A stretch of DNA of 54,607 bases, from contig NMRA01001099.1 of assembly GCA_002633005.1 (NCBI GenBank), forward strand, positions 1-54,607, given 5' to 3'. The DNA is from Phoronis australis. Its lineage: Eukaryota > Animalia > Phoronida. A program made the translations under genes and the position numbers. Each line of letters begins with the position of its first letter. Positions within the stretch are counted from its first letter, which is position 1. Below, in pieces: positions 46,831-54,607 of the stretch. The notes below the pieces were generated by a model. That model was given only the letters and a program-made list of their open reading frames with translations, searched no databases and was not told the origin of the DNA.

Positions 46831-49800
46831 CGAAAAATGAAAAAATATTTAAACAAAAGTAGCGATGATACTTTCGGGCCACCGTAATATACTTGTCATA
46901 TTTTTCTTCCTAAATGCTGTTCAGTGGTAGTTTGAGTTTTACATTTCGGTAGTAGTTTATTTGAACACATTACTCATTAAACAGTTGCTTTGACCCTTTA
47001 TTTAGGCCTAGTTCAAAGTTCGTTGTTTTCTAAATCTAGAACCAGTCACTTTTTCGTTTGGTTGCAGGCTGTCTAGTAATTGGCCGACAGTCCCCACGCA
47101 AGTAAAAACAGACGAAAACAACGTGAAGATAAAATATTCCGCATCTTCGACCACGGCACCGATCGTTACGCAGAAAAGACCGTAAATAAAGAAAAGCGTG
47201 CGTGTTGAGTGTCAGTCGCAATCTGAACCCAGATGCCATTTCCGAAAAACATTCTGAAATAAGACCATAGCTGTGTAGGCGTTGTATCTATTTTTTTAAA
47301 CTTTCCATCAATGGCGCTTCGTTAGTTTCATCTGGGGCTTAACCAACACACGCAAACAGTTTAATAACGCAAACAAAGGCGCATCAACTCACCCGTGACA
47401 AATGAAGTAGGCTTTTCGCGTCCAACGCGGAAAGACCGTTCCGAACTTAATTAATTTAAAAAAGCATTCGCAGCAGCGCGTTTGACTAGCTCAAGCTTAA
47501 CATTACCTGTTGACTTTCAAAGTAAGGGAATTAAACCTAACAAGTGTGGATCGTGTTTGTTAATTCTTGGCGTCGGTGTCGTGTTTGAGCGTAGGAATCA
47601 AATTTTCATGTGTAACTGTGCAGGAAGTTGTAACTTATGAGTATCTAAAGAGAACACGTGGTTCAGTTTTTAACGAAGCTGGCTAAAAATAGGGAACACA
47701 TAGTACTGTTACTGCTTTGCACTATTGGCGGAAACTTTTACTTCCGGTTGACAGGTTATTGAGGGTGTGGAAACTATTTGCCGCGCTTCTAAGTTCCAGC
47801 TTCGGTCTCCTAAATCCCATGCTCTCACTAACAAACACTGAACCCTCGGTGCCCTTAGACTTTGCACACGTACCGAAAACCACATGACCAAGCTCCATTC
47901 CCGGGCACCTATGGCAATATTTATAAACTACGAACAAATAGAGTCACTGCTTGCGAGTAACGCGATGCTCCTAGTTGTTTTTATTTTTCAAATTCACGAA
48001 GCGACTTCCAAAATTTTTGTTATATGGACATCAGATTGGAGATAACAGCTACTACATGGCCCCTGTACTGAAAATTACGTCTTGGGAGGATAACGGGCCT
48101 ATTTTGACATTTGTGGACACTTAAATATAAAACGTACCCAGGGACTTATTGAATGCGTAGTTACATAGACGTAAAGTATCCGTGCCGTTCTTTCAAAAGC
48201 AGGCTTTAAACCATTGGAATTCAATATAAACATCACCTTGAAATAATTATTTGCTGTTGAAGATGGAACACGTCTTTTGGTTGACCAGACTTACGGTGGC
48301 TAACAAAGGAAATCCAGGATTTTTATTTAGTTCAACGCTCCACCTCGAGAAGAATTGGGGTTCTTATTTGATTACTTTAGATTATCAAAATCTCCAGATA
48401 ATAAATTGAGATCACGAGTTCCCATGACAATTAAATTACAACTGAGTGGTCTTTACCGGCCGCCGTATAACATGACGTCAGAGTGAAAAATCTCTCCAAG
48501 TGTCTTCACACTGGTCGTTTCTCTAGAAAGTGACTGTGAAAATTTTGCTCTGCAAAGTGAAGGAGAGACTAGAGCCAATTCAAACTTTCTGATGTTGCAA
48601 ATCAGTGCACATTGCCAACCCGGATATTTTATATTCAACTCACTCCGAGACTACATGTAATAATGCATGTTTACCAAACTATTAAATTTTTTTGTTCACG
48701 CTGGAGTATTCGTTAGAAAAAATTTTAAAGGACATATCGCAGTATCATTACTCAATTTTTACGTCTGAGTTCTCATTTGTGTCCGTAATTTTTTTGTAAA
48801 TATGTCTGGCAGTATTAATAAATGCCACGATTGGCGTTCTACGGGTCATGCTGAAACTCTGTTCCGTAGCTCTATACACACCAATGACTTCAGCCATTTC
48901 TCTAGAAGCTTTAGTCCTTTAAATCCACAACTAAGTGTCACTTTAATGTAAAATTCGCAGTGTGGCTTGATTCTAGCTTCTTTTTTGTGGATAGAACTCT
49001 TTAGTTTTGTGCATGCACGATCCACGGTAGCGTATGTGCGCTCACGTGCGTGGGAACATTGAGTCCCAATACAATCGTTCTTACGATCAAAGAGCCCATT
49101 TTGGGGGTTCTTTGAGGATAGTACTGAGTACGCAGCTTTTATTAAAACAGCAAAATCTGTTGTGTGTGTGATTTTGAGTTCACAAGAAAAGCCCTGCTTA
49201 TATGCACCACTTTCAATTTACACCATACGCAAATCTACAACTGGGTGTAAATGTAAATTTACATCGCGTTCGTATGGGTAAAAAGAAAAGCAGTAGTTGC
49301 GCTCAGTATTCTATACATTTCGCGGCAGGGTCGACACGATCAACGTTTGTTAGTAAAAAGAAAATCATCTAGAACAATACTTGGAATCTGGGTAGTTTAC
49401 TAAGGATGGGTTATCGATCCCCAAGGAATTGTTTTGGAACTATCTCGCAAACGGCAAGTATGGATATACAAGATCGATCGATGTAGTGGTGCCAAAACGC
49501 ATTTAATAATGGAAATTCAAAACACGAAGGGAGATCTAAAATTGTCAGGTGGCAGATCCCGTTCAAAAGTTCTACGGGCCTACTCATTTTGCCAAGTAGT
49601 CCTCGAATGTATCACAAACCAATAAGACAATCCACTTGTCAGGTTGGAGTCAAGTTGTAATGGATGCGAACAGGATTTGGTAACCGCGCTGTTGGTAACC
49701 AGGCGGAGATACGAAAGCACGTGTTTTCCTGTTCTCATTGCATACATGAAATTACCCGCTCAGTTACAGCCGATTACTTAATAGGCCATTCCGCCCAAAA

Positions 49801-50384
49801 TTTTCATAAAACCATCACCTGAATGCTAAATTTGGGATTTCCTAATGCGGCGGCCTTGTAGTGGTACTGATGAAAGTTGCATATCAATAATCGCGTACGA
49901 AATGTTGTTCGCGATTTTTGTTTCAACAAAATGGTTCTAGTATTCGATTGTTTGTGGTGTGTGCTTACTGACACTGATTTTTACATTAGTGATGTAAACA
50001 CCAGATGACTTAGCAGGGTCACGTTCATGACGAGCTGGCTTTTGGAAATTCAGCGTTCAAACGGTGAAAAAGGAACTTTTCAAAAGAGAACTGAAAAGCT
50101 GAATTGTCCTGATGAAGTTACAAGTAATTGCCTGTACCTCGTAGGGATGGTGCATATCCAATAAAACCGTGGCATAGTTTCATCCAGCAACAGAAACAGT
50201 GTCAACTACAGCAGCGACGGCGGCGGCAGCAGCTGCAGCAGCATTTCAATAAAAGACCATATCAATCCATATTTGACAACAGAAAATATTTTGGACTTTC
50301 AATGGGTAGTGGTGTTTCTGTAAGAAGAGATGAGGCCGCATAAATAATTTTGTAATGACACTTTTGGTGGAGTGATCTTACTGT

Positions 50385-50610
50385 TACAACCCTGCGTAAA
50401 CTTAAATCGCGTTCACATGCGCCAGATGTACATTTGCACGAGTGTAAATTTACACTTACACGACCTCTGGTGGTGGTGTAATTATACACCCAAGTGTAGC
50501 TTTACACCCGATTGTATTTTGCGTTTATATGGCAAAAATACGCACGGTACGCAAATATACAGTCGGGTGTAAATGTTGCTTTCGGATGTAAACGCCATCA
50601 TGTAAACGGA
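50385..50610. repeat. Degenerate GTGTAAA/TTTACAC palindromic repeat (related fragment at 49215-49280)
   Basis: Recurrent gtgtaaatttacac, tttacacccg, gggtgtaaatg and tacgcaaat.taca motifs at both loci. Confidence 0.6.
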
Positions 50611-51443
50611 GTTGAAGACGGTAGTTGAAGTCACGCAGTTCTACAGCCAGGAAGTCAAGATTCATAAATGGCCTCCCAGATTTATGCTAAAACAAAAGCA
50701 AACGAAGAACATATTCGTGCAAGAATATCGATGTTTTTTTATGAAAAACGAACAACTGTCGTCTAAGATAAATTCACATAATTCAGTTCCACTTTGGGCA
50801 AATTAGTTATTAGTTAATGTTGACCATTATGGCACTTTTAAATACAATATTAAATATACAGCTTTATGGAAAATTGGTGATGTTTTGGAATTTTATTTAA
50901 TACCAGTTTTGCAGTAACTGGGATGCAATTTTCAAATTTTCAAGTCACAACGTGAAGCTCATAATAGACACTGAATTAATGAAAGGCGTCGCCATGAAAC
51001 GACAGCACTGCCACAAAATGCTGCTGGCAATAGACGTCAGCATGTATGGGTTCACTTCAGTTTTCACTGAGTGAGGAACTTGGGCTAATGTGTTCACATA
51101 TCCTATGTAATCAAACAAATGGAGTGCAGTACTTAATTCTTCTGATATTCAGAAAGCTTCACATGTCTCTAATGGGACTTGAAAAAGGCAACTAATAAAG
51201 AATTTAAGCAGTCTACATATAAAACGAACGATGAGATCGATACCATTGAAATCTTCACGCTAGGGAATAAAAATCCTAAAAAGATCTTTACGAATTCAGA
51301 ACAGCTTCAGGAATTAGAACTCATCGTGGGAAACGGAACGATACTAAGAGTACATTAGCATGTTTATATTTTCATTGCTTTTATCACACTTTTGTTGACA
51401 TTGTTAATGATATTACAGATATGAGAGTGATGAATGATTGTAC

Positions 51444-51496
51444 ATGATGACGATGACGATGAGGATGTCGATGAAGATGACCATGAAGATGATGAT
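51444..51496 (+). repeat. Degenerate (GAT)n trinucleotide repeat
   Basis: Directly visible. It generates the poly-D, poly-M and poly-S ORFs in the track. Confidence 0.85.
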
Positions 51497-54400
51497 AGGT
51501 CAGTTGGGGAACTTTGGTCTATTGACACGCCTCTCCGCCAGCCAACAATGTTCACACGTAATAGCACTTTTCATTGCCCAGAATCGATGTTTGAAATTTC
51601 ATGGAGTCACGCGCAACGAGATTGAAGCCACGACAAATATGTTAGCGAATCGAGTCGAGTTTTCCGGCTTAAACAGGTACACCCTCTTACGATTAAGTCG
51701 GGAACCAACCAGCGCTGGTGTGCTTTGCATAGTAAATGAGAACACGTTCAATTTTGCTTAGATGTTACTTGATGCAAGCTTGTCTGTTTAGCGGGTTGAA
51801 AAAAAAAATTAATTCCCGTTCTTTTACACCAACGACAACTCAGAACGACTATAAACCCGCCCCGTCACAAAAACTAACTTTATATTTAGACTGACTTTTG
51901 TTGCGAAATTGGTCTCAAAATTTTCCTTAGTGAAATTAGAGGTGGGTTTTTTAGCTTGGAAAGAACTGACAGTTTGTCATTGCTTGAGAGGAGGATCTCC
52001 AGTTCTGCAACTGTGATGACGGTTTTTCCAAATCAAGAAACCATCTCTCGCCTGAGTTTGAATACAGCTGAGATCAGGTGTACAGTGCGAAAAAAGATCT
52101 AAACAAAAATTAGTTTCTTTCGTTGCCGGAACCCGAGTTTACAGACGCTTTAAATTTACTGGGCAATACGGTAATTTTCCAGTTCTTTTTTAATTATCAA
52201 TACCGAAAAGTTGTTACAGAAGTCCTGGCATTTATTCAATTCAAAGACTTGGGTTGTAACAGAGCCCAGCTGTTATTAAAGACTTGGAGGTTAATTAGGT
52301 TATAATTACGACGGCAAACAGTAATTATGCCTTAGCCGATCTTTTGCTTCATGGTGGCAAATGTGCAACAGAACCAACAACTGACTGGAGTCCCGCCCCC
52401 TATTGAGTTTTTATTAATATTTCAGCTCCTCGGACTCTATTAGGGCCCAGCTTCTATTGGAAACATATTTTTTATTATTTACTCTTAACTCAAGGTATGT
52501 TTTAACACAGGCAATGGTATTTATATACTATTTTTAAATTTTATTTGGTTTTCCGATATCCGGTTGTGACGGTGACTCATTAAATATTTCGTACATGTTA
52601 AATCATTATAACCATCTGAAATGACCATTTGTATAGTTTGCTTAAAATTGTCGATTCATATCAACAGAAAATTCACGGGAGCACATCGCAATTGATTAAA
52701 TAACCTGCACCGTGCTGAATCTTAAAAGTTATGTTAGCACAAAGATCGCATTTTTTAATGTAGAAGTATATGTACATGCAGTTCTGCTGAGGAAATGACA
52801 AAACGTCTAGTGTCCAGCATGCTTTTGATACAAACGCCAAATCAAAGATCCACTATTACATTTTTGGTGTGAACGCGACGAAATTCTGTAAACAACCGGA
52901 ACTGGTGTTGTGAGACGACAAGAAAACAAGAAGCAATGGTGTTTAGGATATTTAGTTTGTTCAATAATGCAAGTTCAACTTGCTGAGCTACAGTAACGCG
53001 CACTGTCAAAAATCGTAGCCTTCGTCCTAGACGTGGGACGTTCACCGACTTCGGGCTTCGAGTTGCAAAAATCATCAATTTATTTTTCCTTGACAATCTA
53101 AGGTTTTCAATCGCCGGTCTGTTTTTAGTTAATTACTACCTCTATAGTCCTTGCGCATTTGTGTAAGAATAAACTCACGCGTATTGTACTGTTTTAATGA
53201 TTTACACTGAGTAGACTTGTTGATCGCTATATCCAACACATTTGTTAAACATTATGCTTAGATCGCATACACCATTTCCTGAGTGCGTGCGCCTACAAAG
53301 ATTCCGAGTTTCAGAGGAAAGGGTGAACTGGAAATTAGAAAACGCTTAACAGAATTACATGGTATGAGCCTTACCGTTCGAGTTACCAGCCGTCACCTCC
53401 AACACGTCTTCCGCCTACTGCAGTATTCCAACTGTGTTTGCAACTAATTCAGTTTACATACGTTAATGTTTTTTGGAGTCAGTAGTTGATGAAATCAATT
53501 TGTATTCCAGACTCGAATCTCTGACTAACGCGATAACGATAATCCAAATTGACGAGGGTGAATGAACGCTTGTATACAGAAAAGAGAATGCCTTTTTCCA
53601 TAAAATCTACATTGAATAGGATCCCAAACGAATTCTCTTTTGGAATGAGACTTCGTTTTAGGAATGTTAAGAAATGTCTTATCAAATCCTCGGAACAATG
53701 ACATTTTTACTCTAATGATGCTAATTTATGCTTCCAATTAGTCTGGAAGTTTTGCTTTTTGAAATGATGTTGTACAGAGAACACATCGATGAAACGCACG
53801 ACTGTCATTCCGTCGGCAACGGATTCATGACATATTCTTTGTTTTCCGTCATGTCCGTGTCCGTGTCAGTATGATGCTCATCCGACAAAATATTCGTTAG
53901 TTTCCGTACGACGTCATCGTATGCACTGTACAATAGACATAATAAATACTAGCTCGTGAAACGGATTTCCGGCACAAACCTTATTTTGAAAAAATTTTAA
54001 CTGTTTAGGTGGCCTTGTTAATGTTTGAGAATCTGTAGATAGTCACTGACCTCTTGAATTACATCTCCCGTTCGTTTCATTCAAAATACGTTTTTCAACA
54101 ATCTTCGAATTTATCCGCTCTTTAATTGCGTGATATTTCTCTCTTGTGCCTCCGGTATAAAGAAAGGTTAGAATGCTACCCAAATTATAACGGAAATGGT
54201 CAAAACCGAGCCGGGGAAGCATGGGAAAGATCGAACATCCGGGCCCAGGAATTTAAAGCCGGGAGAACGTCAGGACAGAAGAACACAAGACTGGTGAAGA
54301 ATGGGCTTGCAATACAAGGGTATAGGGGAACAAAACATTTCTGAATCAAAACAGAATACTTCCCTTGTTCTCAAAAATGAAGATAAAATGATTTTTGCTT

Positions 54401-54607
54401 TGTTAATGAAAATGTTTCGCAAATTTGTCTATTGTAGTTTGTAGAGACGTTGACTGGTTGTGGAAAAACATTGAACCAAATCCAGCAAACTTTAGAATAC
54501 AGAAAAAGTCAACGAGGTTGTTCCGAAATTATCAAATGTCATGATTGTCTGAAGTTGACAAAATGTAACAGTATGTGGAACGGATTAAGATATAATTGAT
54601 GATGATG

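Larger units (their letters stand above)
46118..46886. mobile_element. IS3EU-like non-autonomous foldback DNA transposon with a 21-bp palindromic tandem array
   Basis: Perfect 27-bp TIR TACGGTGGCCCGAAAGTATCATCGCTA at both ends, with inverted similarity extending ~130 bp to the gap. Exact 6-bp TSD ATATAC (46112-46117 and 46887-46892). TAY...RTA termini with a 6-bp TSD match what I recall of the IS3EU superfamily. Confidence 0.88.

Noticed and set aside
48725-48922. TTAA-AGGAC...GTCCT-TTAA possible Kolobok MITE
   Set aside because: The inverted match is only about 5 bp beyond TTAA, which is not distinguishable from chance.
50128-50343. Poly-Q/R ORF
   Set aside because: A short degenerate CAG/CGG run with no domain or splice support.
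51364-51761. Poly-D, poly-S and poly-M ORFs
   Set aside because: Produced by the (GAT)n repeat.

Overview
This window is eukaryotic (animal) genomic DNA: AT-rich, with introns and dense in repeats. It looks most like a marine invertebrate, but the species cannot be determined from the sequence. The one well-supported host gene is the 5' part of an NMDA-type ionotropic glutamate receptor subunit (GluN2/Nmdar2-like) on the minus strand. Four GT-AG exons with matching phases (4547-4906, 2826-3004, 2182-2292, 1096-1238) encode a signal peptide and about 264 aa of the amino-terminal domain, and the gene runs off the left edge. The remaining ~50 kb upstream is mostly decayed mobile DNA. It holds two 5'-truncated LINE RT relics, tRNA-derived SINEs, a probable solo LTR, a Helentron/DINE-1-type element with ~430-bp internal repeats, several MITEs and a THAP-domain pseudogene. 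It also holds a set of IS3EU-like DNA-transposon pieces: a near-intact foldback element with a 6-bp TSD and a 21-bp palindromic array, and a transposase relic next to ~20-bp repeats. Most ORFs in the supplied track are spurious. I see no CRISPR array, rRNA, intact tRNA or prokaryote-style system, and no firm evidence for a wholly new biological system. The best leads are the IS3EU-like elements with palindromic ~21-bp arrays, the divergent cysteine-rich GluN2-like ATD, and a candidate unannotated spliced transcript at ~40.7-44.4 kb. Family assignments rest on motif recognition from memory, not on database searches.
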